A stretch of 62,141 bases of DNA, counting the filler. It is 12 parts of 12 records of this genome, joined end to end, with 100 filler letters (N's around TTAATTAATTAA, not from the genome) between each part and the next. Parts side by side here need not be neighbours in the genome. Positions count along the whole stretch, not along the records: positions 11,651 to 17,410 come from SRR15195285_2240; positions 17,511 to 21,778 come from SRR15195285_2246; positions 21,879 to 26,979 come from SRR15195285_2249; 9 more parts are not named here. One strand, 5' to 3'. Position 1 is the first letter of the stretch, and each line of letters opens with the position of its first letter. Shown here piece after piece: positions 11,929 to 22,738 of this stretch. Below the pieces are notes generated by a model, which was not told the origin of the DNA, ran no database searches, and saw only the letters and a list, made by a program, of their open reading frames with translations. A program made the position numbers and the translations under genes.

Positions 11929-13170
11929 TCACAGCTTGCTCGAACTAGCTGACGCAACTGTCTCATACTTCGTAAACCCGTCTCCGTCGATTGTCATTTT
12001 GCTGACCAGACCGTCCTCCGATTCAGCAAGGCCTTGATAGCCACTCGCCATCGTCTCCTTATGCTTTCGCTCCGGAGGAACAATCGCGTCCGCAACGTAA
12101 TTCTCAGGTCGAGCATGGCCCACCAGCTTTTCTCCGCGCTCAGAAAGTTCGAGCCCAGCAAGCTCACGTGGGGTGAATGGCCGTGCGAATCCATTGTTGA
12201 CGAAGAGGCCACGGTACGGTGACGGGGACTTCTTGCTGCGATACGAGATTTGGAACTCGGGGCGTGGCTCTTCTGAGTGGTTGGCTGTACCGCGATGGAA
12301 AATGCGTGGGTCTTGTATCCAAGCATCACCCTTCTTGAGGACGTGATGCATCGGAGTAAGAGGCTGAACATGTCCCTGCTCCATCTTGACAATGTCATGG
12401 AACGTGCCATCCAGCAGCAATTGGTTGTAGTCGTGTCGATCAAAGCCGTAGTCGTCCATTTTATGCGTCCCCGGGACAATCTGAATCGCCCCGTTCTCCA
12501 TATTTGTGTCCACCAGCGCAAACTTCAGCCCCACCGCTCGCGTGCGGCCGTGTGGCACGCCGTCAGTTGGTGGATCTTCAAGCAGAGTCTTGTGGTCGTA
12601 GAAGTCAGGACCACCGTCCCTATGCCACTGCTGGAACGTCGACCCCGGCGCTGGGCTGTTGACGTACAGTGTCGTTAGCGAAAACTCATCGTCACCCCAG
12701 TACCGCTGCAGAAACTCCAGAATTGTCGGATTTTCATATATGTGTGGGTCAGCGAACGGCTTTGTCCATGGCAGGGTAAGGTTGTAGCGATTCGAAGGCA
12801 GGCAGCGGCCATGCCCATTATCAAACAGGTCCTCGTCCGTTGGTGACCGCATGGAGTCGGGTGAGTCGCTCTTGTGAGAGGTTTCGTCGAAGACATCGAG
12901 CACGTCACCTGGTGATGCAGTCTCGGGGATCATCACCTGGATTTCTTTGCCCATCGGAGTTACCACCTGGACCTTGTCACCGAATGTGTCGCCCTGCTGG
13001 ACTGTGTAGGTACCTTTCATGGACTGCTCTCGCGCCAAGACCTTCTTGTACAGGCGCATGTATTCTGGGTAGATCCCATCAAGCACCTCATGGTCAAACA
13101 GCTGCTCGAAGACCACATATCCTTGCTCGTTGAACTCCCGCAGCTTCTGCTCCATATCATAGTACGGCAT
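11929..13170 (-). CDS. Phytanoyl-CoA dioxygenase (PhyH) family Fe(II)/2-oxoglutarate dioxygenase
   Basis: FNEQGYVV N-terminus, QQWHRDG (HxD), DTNMENGAIQIVPGTH, and KGDAWIQDPRIFHRGTANHSEEPRP (distal His and Arg). Confidence 0.92.
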   Translation of the reverse strand: MPYYDMEQKLREFNEQGYVVFEQLFDHEVLDGIYPEYMRLYKKVLAREQSMKGTYTVQQGDTFGDKVQVVTPMGKEIQVMIPETASPGDVLDVFDETSHKSDSPDSMRSPTDEDLFDNGHGRCLPSNRYNLTLPWTKPFADPHIYENPTILEFLQRYWGDDEFSLTTLYVNSPAPGSTFQQWHRDGGPDFYDHKTLLEDPPTDGVPHGRTRAVGLKFALVDTNMENGAIQIVPGTHKMDDYGFDRHDYNQLLLDGTFHDIVKMEQGHVQPLTPMHHVLKKGDAWIQDPRIFHRGTANHSEEPRPEFQISYRSKKSPSPYRGLFVNNGFARPFTPRELAGLELSERGEKLVGHARPENYVADAIVPPERKHKETMASGYQGLAESEDGLVSKMTIDGDGFTKYETVASASSSKL

Positions 13171-13560
13171 GCTGATCTCAACCACCTCCGAGCCACCACG
13201 TGATCACCTCCACGCTGCACGACCTGCGACGACCGTATACGTCTCGGCGCCACGCGACACGTTTGGTGTACAGTGCTGTCGTGCCGAGGTGCCGTTGCTT
13301 TGACAGAAGGCTTTCTGATCTTGCCTGAGGCTGAGGCTGACTTGCGGCACTAGCAGGTTCGTTCCGTAACAAAGCAAGTCGCCGCGATAAACGCCACACC
13401 ATGCAGGCGGCGCGCGGCGGCGCGCCCGCCGCGGCCGCGGCGCGCTGCGTGCATGCTAGTAGAATGCGTGGGAGCTGCGATGGCGCGCGATGAGCTCAGC
13501 CCACAAAAATGATTCACTGCTGGCGATGTCGAAAACACCAGACGTGCGTGTCACTGCTGA

Positions 13561-13722
13561 TTACATGTACCGGTACATGTACTATTTACATATGTGTACT
13601 ACCTAGCTAGCTATTCGAATAGTATTCGAATACATGCGGTGCACTGTACAGCTGTACAAGGACGGGCGGTACATGTACCGGTACATTACTATTCATACCT
13701 AAGGTATTCGAATACTAGTAGT
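13561..13722. promoter_or_regulatory. Palindrome-dense AT-rich patch upstream of PhyH, next to a GC-rich GCGCGC tract
   Basis: Perfect palindromes TACATGTACCGGTACATGTA (13562-13581), TGTACAGCTGTACA (13645-13658), TATTCGAATA x3 and TACTAGTA. The promoter role is inferred from position. Confidence 0.55.
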
Positions 13723-14172
13723 AGAGCAAAGGCGCTTTCAATACCGAATACGCTCCGGCGATAGAACCTGCCTTAGTGAAACTGTGAGTGTGACAGCCTA
13801 GCCGTTTCGGTATGAGAAACAGACCTGCCGCTGCGCACCTCAATTTGTGGAGCAGGGCCCAGCGAGAATCGAGTGGGGTCGCAGACGGAATTTCCAAGCG
13901 GTACCAAAAAACGGCTTCGCTAGTGTGTCTAATACACCGTGCAAACTAAAGCTGCACTTATAGACTCGTACTTTTTGGAACGTTGGATTGTCAAAAAAAT
14001 CGCATACTGGCGTAGTGACTCAGGCTCTGACCGCGCTATGGAGATCGACGTGGAGAGTCCAGCAAGTAAGAAGCGGAAGACATAGCCTCTTAGCTTGTGA
14101 GAGTAAATTCATTGGCAAGAACGCCTTGATGCGGCCATCGTAGTGTTTGCCATCCGTACGGCACACAGGGTG

Positions 14173-14227
14173 TGTCACCGGGCATAAGAGCTGTCACCGC
14201 GCATAAGGGCTCTTATGGCCGGTGACA
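14173..14227. repeat. Three copies of a 19-bp unit (two direct, one inverted)
   Basis: TGTCACCGGGCATAAGAGC (14173-14191), TGTCACCGCGCATAAGGGC (14192-14210), and inverted TGTCACCGGCCATAAGAGC (14209-14227). Confidence 0.9.
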
Positions 14228-14274
14228 AAGCTCCGCACAACAAGCAGCGAGCTCGATGAGAGTCAAGAAACAAA

Positions 14275-17233
14275 CTAATTTGTTCGCACGAGCCACACTT
14301 CTGCAATCTGACACCCACGACCATTGCCATTCTGACATGCGCCTAGTGGCTGGTGGCACTCCAGTCGTAGCTTACCATTGCGAGTGACGGTAGTTGGTAT
14401 GGCGAAGCTGATCCGTTGAGTGGGGCTGGGCGCGGGCATGAAGCCATGAAGTACTGCGTGAGAGGCATTTCGACCCGGTGCTTCATCGCTGTCATCCACT
14501 GCAACCAAGCTCGAAAGCGGTAACGCTTCAAACCCAGCGAATGCGTAGACCAGCGAGATGTTGTATGCGGCGGCCTTGTCCAGCTTGGTGTACCGCAGGA
14601 CCAACGGATGGTCGCCATAAATTTGGGCGTAGTGGTGCCACGCAACACGTTGTGGTGAGCCTTGCGTGGTCATCGGCCAACGCGTGTAGTCCTCATCAAA
14701 CTGTATCATAGGTGCAAACGTGTACTGTGGATCTGCTGTTGGTCCAAAGCCTCTCTCTAGCCGAGCGCTCCGCGGTATCCCGCCTAGCTCATCGTAGAAG
14801 CCACCAGGTCCCGGATCTTTCCAGCTAATCAGCGAAGTAAGCGCCGAGCATCGCTCACTGACTCACAATAGATGGCAACAGAAGCATTGCTGCACTGATC
14901 AGACCAATGCAATATGATGAAGCGGAAGATGGCAGGCAAGTCAATGAGGTCATCGAGCTTTGCTAGCTTTCGGGATGAAGGAATCAGTATGCCGGTGGCA
15001 TGGATGTATTCACGCACCGCAAGTTGAGTCGAGATATGTTTGTCAGCTCTGATTTCTGGAAGGCCGTGTCGCTGAGAGCTGGAGCGTCAATGAACCCCGG
15101 GAGTGACTCCCCTTCAAGGGCAAACCCTGATAGTGAGAGAGATGGATTTTGCGACTCTAGTACCGCCATTCCACCTTCCCGGCACCCTCCGCAGAGAGAT
15201 GCGCTGGTATTTATCGCACGTGCAAGCTGATAGGTGCGGGCTCGCCAGCGAGTTGCCTCAGAGTTGTTGAATGCTGTGGCGAGCACCTGCAAGGCAGATA
15301 CTGTGGAGCAGCCTGTATCACCAGTCTCAGCAAGCGCTGCAACGATCGCGTCCTTTGCGGTGTTTTCGCGTTCCCATTCAAACCGTGCCCGAGCCTGTAC
15401 GTAACCATCGAAGTACGCCCGCATGAGATGCGACTGCAGCCGCCAGTTATCTGATTTATCAATGTCCTTTCCCAGCGTGTGAAACAATCGGTCTGCGATC
15501 GCGACAGTCGAGAGTACCTGGGAGTTGGGGAAAGGGTTTCAAACCAGTCGAAGTTCCACAACAACCTGAAGCTGGGTTGACACAAGGCTACATGTATCTG
15601 ACTATTCGAATATATGCACTCTGCACAGGCTGAGTCGCTGCATCTGTTCACATAGCGAACGCACCTGGCTGTTCGTTCGCGCGTCGCCGACCCAGTTTGC
15701 TTCTAACCCATACAGTAGCGCAGCCCCGTCATTATCCTTGGTACTGGCCTCCTTATACAGCCCCTCATCGTTGCCCAAACTATGCACGGGCGGCAGCACT
15801 GGCTGCAGAAAGTGGCGTGCGTACTGTTCAGTGAGACGGTCTACGCTCAACCCCGGCTCCATATACAGTGCTGACCAAAGGGCTTTGTTGAAGTCATCAG
15901 CGGCGCCTTCAGAGTACCCACCAAACCCGATCGCTCGCTGACTAAGCGAAGCATTTGTGTTCATCTTGATCACGTCAGCATAATGCCGAGGTAGTGGATT
16001 TACCACCTGCCGGCCGTGCGTGTTTGCCCAGATGAAAGACCAATCAGGTACTGGATACATAGCAGTGAGCGTGTGGCAGATATCGGGATACAGCCGCACT
16101 CTGTAACCCATTGGCAGCCTTGCTAGCATCTCGGTCTCGCTGCCCAGCGTCACTGGTCCCCAGGAGACACCGGTTAGCCACTGTTTGACGGCTGCCGACT
16201 CGAGTGATGCGTACCATGCGTCCATCCAGGCAGCTGTCTCTCCACCAGGCGACCACCACACTGTTGCATTTGGATGATGCTGTCGCACCGCAGCCGCCAC
16301 TTCCTCGAGATTTTTAAGCACTGACTGCATTGCAGCTGAGCTTAATGAGCTGTCATTGGGCAAACGCTGCTGCGCGTTTGCAATAGGACCACCTCCACCT
16401 TCGTGTAGAACTGCATCGATGCGTGCCATCGTGGCAAATACCGCCTCGGTTGTGTTTGATGGCCACTCTGGCTGAAACACTGAGACATAGACGCCATACT
16501 TGTCGCAGATCCTGCTAAACCGCACCAACGAATTGGCGTCACCGCGGCTATATGTAATGTGGGCAAACTCGATCTGATTTGTTCCAAAAATGACGAGATC
16601 CTTTACAAACTGTTCGAAGGCGGCATCTGTCATGTAGAAACCCCAGTCTGTGACTTGATGGCCACGCATCGTGGCCCAGGGCGGCGGCGCGACAAACAGC
16701 TCCAGATCAGCTGCAACCCGTACTGCATGGCCAGTTCCGCCGACCATTTGATGGACGCGAAGCTCTCGAATGAGGCGACCGACCCCCAGCACCAACCCAC
16801 GCGTGGTGACCGCTACAACGGACACATTCTGCGGCGACATACACACGGCAAAACTCTGTTCGGAAGCGGCAGCGACTTGATTTGCCGTCAAGTTACCGCA
16901 CGCTGCAGCCGCTTCCGCGTGATCCCGGGCACGCCTGAGATTCACACACAGCGGACCGTCTGCAGAACACTGCGGCACCTCTCCCTCGATCGCGAGGCGC
17001 CAGTGCCGAACACCCTTGCGCCGCAGCTCCTCCTGCAGCAGGTCCTCTGCCGCGACTCTCGCTCGCCGCGCGCCCGCCCACTCCGGCGCCAGGTGGATCG
17101 TCGCGTGCTCGGCCAGCAGGAAGTGCCCCGCACCGTCGGATGTCGGCGTAGCGCCAGCAGTCAGCTGCAGCACAAGAACGGCCACCATCGCGACAACCAT
17201 CGCCAGCTCCCTCCATGCGTGCATCATCAGCAT
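14275..17233 (-). CDS. Secreted glycoside-hydrolase-like protein of an uncharacterised bacterial-type family; 3 exons
   Basis: Signal peptide and GH20/GH67-like N-domain (RGLVLGVGRLIREL). Motifs RGHQ, FGTNQIE, YPDICH..YPVPDW, YSEGAADDFNK, NWRLQ..RAYFD, DPGPGGFYDELG and GNGRGCQIAEVWL. Introns 15518-15664 and 14858-15017 (both GTGCGT..CAG) give one open frame. Confidence 0.8.
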
Positions 17234-17674
17234 CTTAAATGGGCTGCTGCTGTCGGTGTTTCATCGCCGCCGGCACCGGTACGTATATGCACACGCGCCC
17301 TGGCGCGCATGGCGCATGCGCACTACGCCGGGTCCGACCGGGTATATATTATAATCTCGCGCGGCGCGCGCGCCCGGCGCCACACCCGCAGAATAAGTCG
17401 ATTTTGCGCCNNNNNNNNNNNNNNNNNNNNNNNNNNNNNNNNNNNNNNNNNNNNTTAATTAATTAANNNNNNNNNNNNNNNNNNNNNNNNNNNNNNNNNN
17501 NNNNNNNNNNTCAATTTTCGAATTTCAACCTGGGTACTAGATCTACTAGTAGTACCGGTACATGCATTTGAAGACCAGCTGCGCTGATTGTTGCTGGCCG
17601 GCATGCCGCATGGGGCCGGCGCCCTGGCGGCGGGTCTAGCTATATCTGCGTGCCAGTGTGCGGCGGGCGGCGGG

Positions 17675-19883
17675 ATGCTACTGCTGCTGGCCTACGCGCT
17701 ACCGGCAGTGTTTGTGGCGCAGCACGGCAGCACAGGCCATGGTCGGGATGAGCACGCCGGTGCAGCCACCAAGCGCACCAGCAGCGGCAGCACTCCTTCA
17801 CTGGCCTTTGCAACGACACTCGGAGACGAGATGGTGTTGCAGGCGTCGCCAGCTCAGTCGATCGTCTGGGGCCCGCTTGGAGACCAAGCGACCGCCGTGT
17901 CTGTCAGCTGGGAGGCGACAGGAAAGACGCTACCCAAGTGGCATCAAGTGGGGATGGATGCAGGGATCGCTGGCGCAGTCAAGGCCAAGACGCAGGACTG
18001 GCTCGGACTGAAGATATGGACCGCGAAGCTGCCCACAATCGCGGCATCTTTCACCACGTACACAATTACGGCCAAACCTGACGTCGGCCCGTCCGCGTCG
18101 ATCGCGAACGTGACTTTTGGGGAGGTCTGGCTTTGCTCCGGTCAGAGCAATATGGGCTACACCGTCGCCCTCGATACCCACTGCTTCAACAAGACTAGGA
18201 ACACTGACGGCACTCCAAACTGCTCGAAAGAAGTCTACGGAACATGCGGTGGCAGAGCATGCGTCTGGAATGCCGGTGAGGAAGTCGAGGACATGCGCAA
18301 CTACCCACATATCCGCCTGATGGATGTGCAGACGCCACCGAGTCCAAATAATCGGCCATTTTTTTCGCCTGTCCCACAAGCGAACAGCCTCGGGTGGCAT
18401 CGGCCCGACCAGTATGCTGGGGAGTGCCGTGGCAACCACAGTGATTGTCGTCTAGACGCATGGGGAGTCAACCACTGTGGCTGCACCAATTACAGCTCTG
18501 CAACAGGGTGTTGCAGTCGCGATGGTACTGGAATCTGGCGCCAAGATGAACAAACCTTCTCTGCCGCCTGCTGGTTCTTCGCACGCGATCTCTATGCCTC
18601 TCTGGACCCACCACGCCCGGTGGGAGTGATGAACAATGCAGTGGGTGGCACTGCTGACCAGCTATGGTCGCCTCCAGATGCACTGGATCGCTGCAAGGCG
18701 ACCAAAGCGGGGCAACCGCCGTGGGGTTGGCCAGCTAATTACTCCTCTTCGCACCTTTGGAATGCACTTGTTGTGCCACTCAGCCGCCACGTCATACGGG
18801 GTGTGGTGTGGTACCAGGTACAGCCCACACCGTGGTCTGTCTTGCTACAGTATTATCGTACCACGCCTATGACTCACGCGCTGCTGTTGCTTCGTTACGC
18901 GTCCTGTTGATGCCTCTATGCAGGGAGAGGCCAATTCTGCCAAGTCGCCACCTGGCTCGACGCAGAGTTTTTGGTGTCACCAGTGCTTGATAGGCGCACT
19001 CAACTGCAGCACAGCCAGAAAGGTTCAGTGCGAGACGCCACAAAACCCAGTCGCTGACGGACGCACGTATCTTTGCAGTTTCCCAGCAATGATAGATGCA
19101 TGGCGCGCACTCTGGTTCAACAACACAGATGGTGCAACTGACATCAAATTTCCTTTCGGATGGGTTCAACTCAACTCAAACGGGCAGCCAGATGGACCAC
19201 TCGCTCACCCACAAGCGTTGCCATCGGCCGTGCAAAACGGAACGCAAGACCCGTTTGGAACGTGGCGACCAGGGTTTCCGAGCTTACGGTGGGCGCAGAC
19301 GCAGAGCCTCTCAAAAGTGGAACGTGGGTTTATGGCTGTGGTGCTGGATACCCCCAGCCCATCAGGTGCCATCCACTCCTGCCACAAGCAGCCGGTCGGC
19401 TCGCGACTGGCGCGAGGCGCGTTAGCAACTGCTTATGGACGCATGGACCTGAAGGCAAGCGCAGCCATTAGCGGCGCCGCTGTTGCGCCAGACGGGCGAA
19501 GGCTCACAGTGTGGGTTGCGAATGCCACCGGACTGGTGATCCGAAACCACCTTGGATTTGAAGTGCTTGCTGGCGAACCAAGCGACATTACGACGTGGCG
19601 TTGGCACTCTGCCCCGATCTTGTCGACTGATCGCATCCAGACGCTGGTTCTCTCGCTCAACGAGGTGTTGTCACAAGGTGCTACTATATACGGTACGCCC
19701 CATGTCCTGGCGGTGCGCTATTTGTGGGGAACCTCGCCGTGCTCTTTGGAGATTTTCAACTGCTCCGTTTACGTCCCGGTACAAAAGCTCGGGTCATTGA
19801 CTGGGGAGAATGATACTTTACCACTGGGGCCTGCTATGCTTCCTGTTGGTAAGCTGCGGCATGATTGGTCTCGAGACCTGTAA
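17675..19883 (+). CDS. Sialate O-acetylesterase (SASA/SGNH family), secreted
   Basis: FGEVWLCSGQSNM, FSAACWFFARDLY, PFGWVQL and IHSCHKQPVGSRLA. Intron 18818-18923 restores VWYQ-GEAN. Confidence 0.93.
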
Positions 19884-20084
19884 AGCTGGCTGCAGAGTAG
19901 CTGCAGGCACTGCGTGTGCATGTTCTCGGATTCGACAGGCGCAACTATGACAATGTCGTGCGGCTATGTAGTCAAAGATAATTACAAGGATAGTTCATCA
20001 ATGTTTCTTGTTGGGAACACTGCCAAAATCATCAGGTTTGAGTACACAATCGCAGAACCTCAGGTCTGGTGCCTGGTGGCCTCG

Positions 20085-21746
20085 CTATCGTCGCACGCCA
20101 TCCGCATCAGAAAACCCACCAGATTCGGCGTCCGACATGTGGCCCGGCTTCGTATCTTGCTGATGTCCCACGCCAAGTGTACCAACTCCTGACCCAGCCA
20201 CGTTGGCGTCCAGTGGCCCGAGCCTGTGTCGCTCTCCATCAGCTTGGCGCTGCTGCAGTTGTGTCATGAGAAGCTTCACTTGCTGCTTGAGCTTCGCGAC
20301 TTCTCGTCTCGCCTTCTTTTTGTTTGCTTCACCTTGCGCAACGGCGGCTTTATGCAGCTCATGCTCCCTGCCTACTGCACGTTTCAGAGAGTCGACCTTG
20401 GCTGCCCAAGCCGATCGCTCCTTCGCGTGTGCACGTCTGCGCTTGTCAATCTCTGCGGCCGCTGATTTGCCGGCGTCACGCAATACGTCGTGCATCTCAA
20501 TTGCCTTTTGGTGCCGCTCTTCCAGAGTATCACGCTCCTGGTGCACGTCCTGGAGGGCTGACGCCCTGCCTGCACTCTCGTGCTGCAGTGATTCAATCCT
20601 CGCGCGGAGTTTCTCGACCTCGTGGTCCGCCTCGTTCTTCTCAGTCTCCATCGACGCCAACTCCTCGGCTGTGCGGCGTGCCTCGGCTTGCACTAAAGCT
20701 AGTTGCTCCTCTGCCCCAGTCACCTGCTCGACTTTCTCCGCGTCGAGCTCCGCCACCTTCATCGCAGCCTGTTCAACCTCTCGAGCCATAGCCTCCGCGC
20801 TCTGCTGCATGCGCCCTCGCTCCTCGTCGAACTCGTTCAGCAGGCTCTGCCGCTGGCTCTGGTACATCCGCTCTGCTCGCACGATGTCGTCCTTCAGCTC
20901 TTCGATGCGGGCCTTGGCAACAGTTAGCTCGGCACCCAGCTCAGCCTCCCGCTGACTATGCTCGCGCTCCTTTTCGAGCAGCCGTGATTCCATCGCGTTG
21001 CGCTCCGCGCCGAGCACATTCGCCATCTCCTCCTGCTTCGCTCGGTGCGCGTCGGTCTCCTCTTGCAGCCGAGCCATCTGCTGCTCGAACGACTCCTGCG
21101 GCCCCTCCCCGAACTTCTGCTCCAGGTGAGCGCACCGACGCTCAAGCTGCTCTTTCTGCAGCAGCAATGTGCGCGCCGCCATCACCTCATCTGCCACCGC
21201 CTTCGCGGCCGCGGACGCCGCCTTCTCCTTGTCGATGACGGCTGCCTCCTTGGCCTTCCGCACGTCTTCCAGCTCCGACAGCAGCTGCTTCATGTTCCCT
21301 TTCAGGGCGATATTCTCGCGGTAGAACGCGGCGAAACGCTCCTTGTCCGTCGTGTCCTCCGCCAGCGCCTGCATTGACCGCAGCCGCGTGCGGAGCTCGC
21401 TCAGCTTCAGCTCGTACTCGTCGCGCAAGCCCTCGATCTCACGGACGTGCACAGTCGCCAGGCTCTCCAGCTCCTCGCGCAGCACGCCCGTCTCTCGGCG
21501 CTGCGCGTAGAACTGCTCGCGCGAGAGCTCGAGCTCCTGCTGCAGCTGCTCGAACCGGCTGCGGTACGGGACCTCGAGCTCTTCGATGAGGCGGATGCGC
21601 AGCATCTCGAACTCGCGCGGCGCCACGAGTCGCTTCTTCGTTTCCTCGAACTCGCGCTTCTGCGCGTCCAGCTGCTTGCGCAGGTGGTTGCTCTGCTCCT
21701 CGTACCGCCGCTGGATGGTGGTCTTCTCGTCGCGCACGTGCGCCAG
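20085..21746 (-). CDS. CEP83: Centriole distal-appendage protein CEP83-like coiled coil (5' partial)
   Basis: PREFEMLRIRLIEELEVPYRSRFEQLQQELE resembles the conserved CEP83 segment as I recall it ([23 protein letters not shown]). The exon starts after a CAG acceptor preceded by an intronic (TG)n. Confidence 0.7.
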   Translation of the reverse strand: MAHVRDEKTTIQRRYEEQSNHLRKQLDAQKREFEETKKRLVAPREFEMLRIRLIEELEVPYRSRFEQLQQELELSREQFYAQRRETGVLREELESLATVHVREIEGLRDEYELKLSELRTRLRSMQALAEDTTDKERFAAFYRENIALKGNMKQLLSELEDVRKAKEAAVIDKEKAASAAAKAVADEVMAARTLLLQKEQLERRCAHLEQKFGEGPQESFEQQMARLQEETDAHRAKQEEMANVLGAERNAMESRLLEKEREHSQREAELGAELTVAKARIEELKDDIVRAERMYQSQRQSLLNEFDEERGRMQQSAEAMAREVEQAAMKVAELDAEKVEQVTGAEEQLALVQAEARRTAEELASMETEKNEADHEVEKLRARIESLQHESAGRASALQDVHQERDTLEERHQKAIEMHDVLRDAGKSAAAEIDKRRRAHAKERSAWAAKVDSLKRAVGREHELHKAAVAQGEANKKKARREVAKLKQQVKLLMTQLQQRQADGERHRLGPLDANVAGSGVGTLGVGHQQDTKPGHMSDAESGGFSDADGVRR

Positions 21747-21752
21747 CTGCGC

Positions 21753-21778
21753 CACACACACACACACACACACACACA
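21753..21778. repeat. (CA)n microsatellite, intronic, at a contig end
   Basis: CA run abutting the spacer; it explains the spurious MCVCVCV ORF starts. Confidence 0.95.
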
Positions 21779-21955
21779 NNNNNNNNNNNNNNNNNNNNNN
21801 NNNNNNNNNNNNNNNNNNNNNNTTAATTAATTAANNNNNNNNNNNNNNNNNNNNNNNNNNNNNNNNNNNNNNNNNNNNACGATTGACTGGGGCGAAAAAG
21901 CGGACTTTCCAGTGTGTGAAAGAGCGGGAGGGTAGTTGCCGGAGACCGGTGGGCG

Positions 21956-22738
21956 ATGGAGGCTGACACGATGGCGGCGCTTGACGAGGCGAGGAAGGCT
22001 AAAGAAGCGCGCCTCGCGAAGATAGGCGGCGCGCCGCCCAAGCCGAAGCGACCGCCGCCGCAGCGGCCGAAGGCATTTGTCCCAGGGACGGTGCTCACCT
22101 CGGCCCAGCACAAGAAGCATCTCACGACGCACCTTGCGAACTGTGAGCTGCAGTCGGGGACGTTAAAGACCCACCTGGCAGAGCATGCAGAGAAGCTGTT
22201 CGACGGTGTGGAGCTGAATCCCGCCACGTCTGCCACGCCACAGCCAGAGCCGGTTTCGGTAAGCGCTGGTGACGCACCGCCGGCGAGGAGCAGTGACCCC
22301 AGACCGCAGTCCGCTCCTGCCTCGCCAGGTGACGCTATGGAAGCGGCGAGGCGAGCGAAGCTAGAGCGGCAGCAGCGGGCGCGAGCGGCAGCTGCTGCTG
22401 GAAAGCTGGAGACCTCGCCCAAACCAGCTTCTCCGGCTGCAGCCGCTGCCCCTGCGAGCAAACCGTCGCTTACGCCACGGCGCACGGTGAGTGAGGAGGA
22501 CCGAGCCGCGGCAAGGAAGCTCCGTGACGCGAAGCGATCTAGCGCGCGCAACCTCAACAGCTCGCCACTGCCGTCGACGCCGGAGGCTGGTGGACGCCCC
22601 ATGACTCCCGGTAGTCCCAGCGCGGATTCGCCGTCGCGGCGCACAGTGAGCGAGGCAGAAAGAGCAGCGGCACGCAAGGCACGCGAAGAAAAACACCAAA
22701 AGGCGCGCGAAAGAGCAGCAACGAAACTAGCCCAATGA
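21956..22738 (+). CDS. Hypothetical basic Ala/Pro-rich protein with an internal repeat
   Basis: 260-aa ATG ORF with the duplicated motif RRTVSEEDRAAARK / RRTVSEAERAAARK. No recognised domain. Confidence 0.6.
   Translation: MEADTMAALDEARKAKEARLAKIGGAPPKPKRPPPQRPKAFVPGTVLTSAQHKKHLTTHLANCELQSGTLKTHLAEHAEKLFDGVELNPATSATPQPEPVSVSAGDAPPARSSDPRPQSAPASPGDAMEAARRAKLERQQRARAAAAAGKLETSPKPASPAAAAAPASKPSLTPRRTVSEEDRAAARKLRDAKRSSARNLNSSPLPSTPEAGGRPMTPGSPSADSPSRRTVSEAERAAARKAREEKHQKARERAATKLAQ

Noticed and set aside
13178-13402. MVWRLSRRLALLR ORF as a mitochondrial-targeting first exon of PhyH
   Set aside because: I could not find a convincing splice that joins it in frame; left unresolved.
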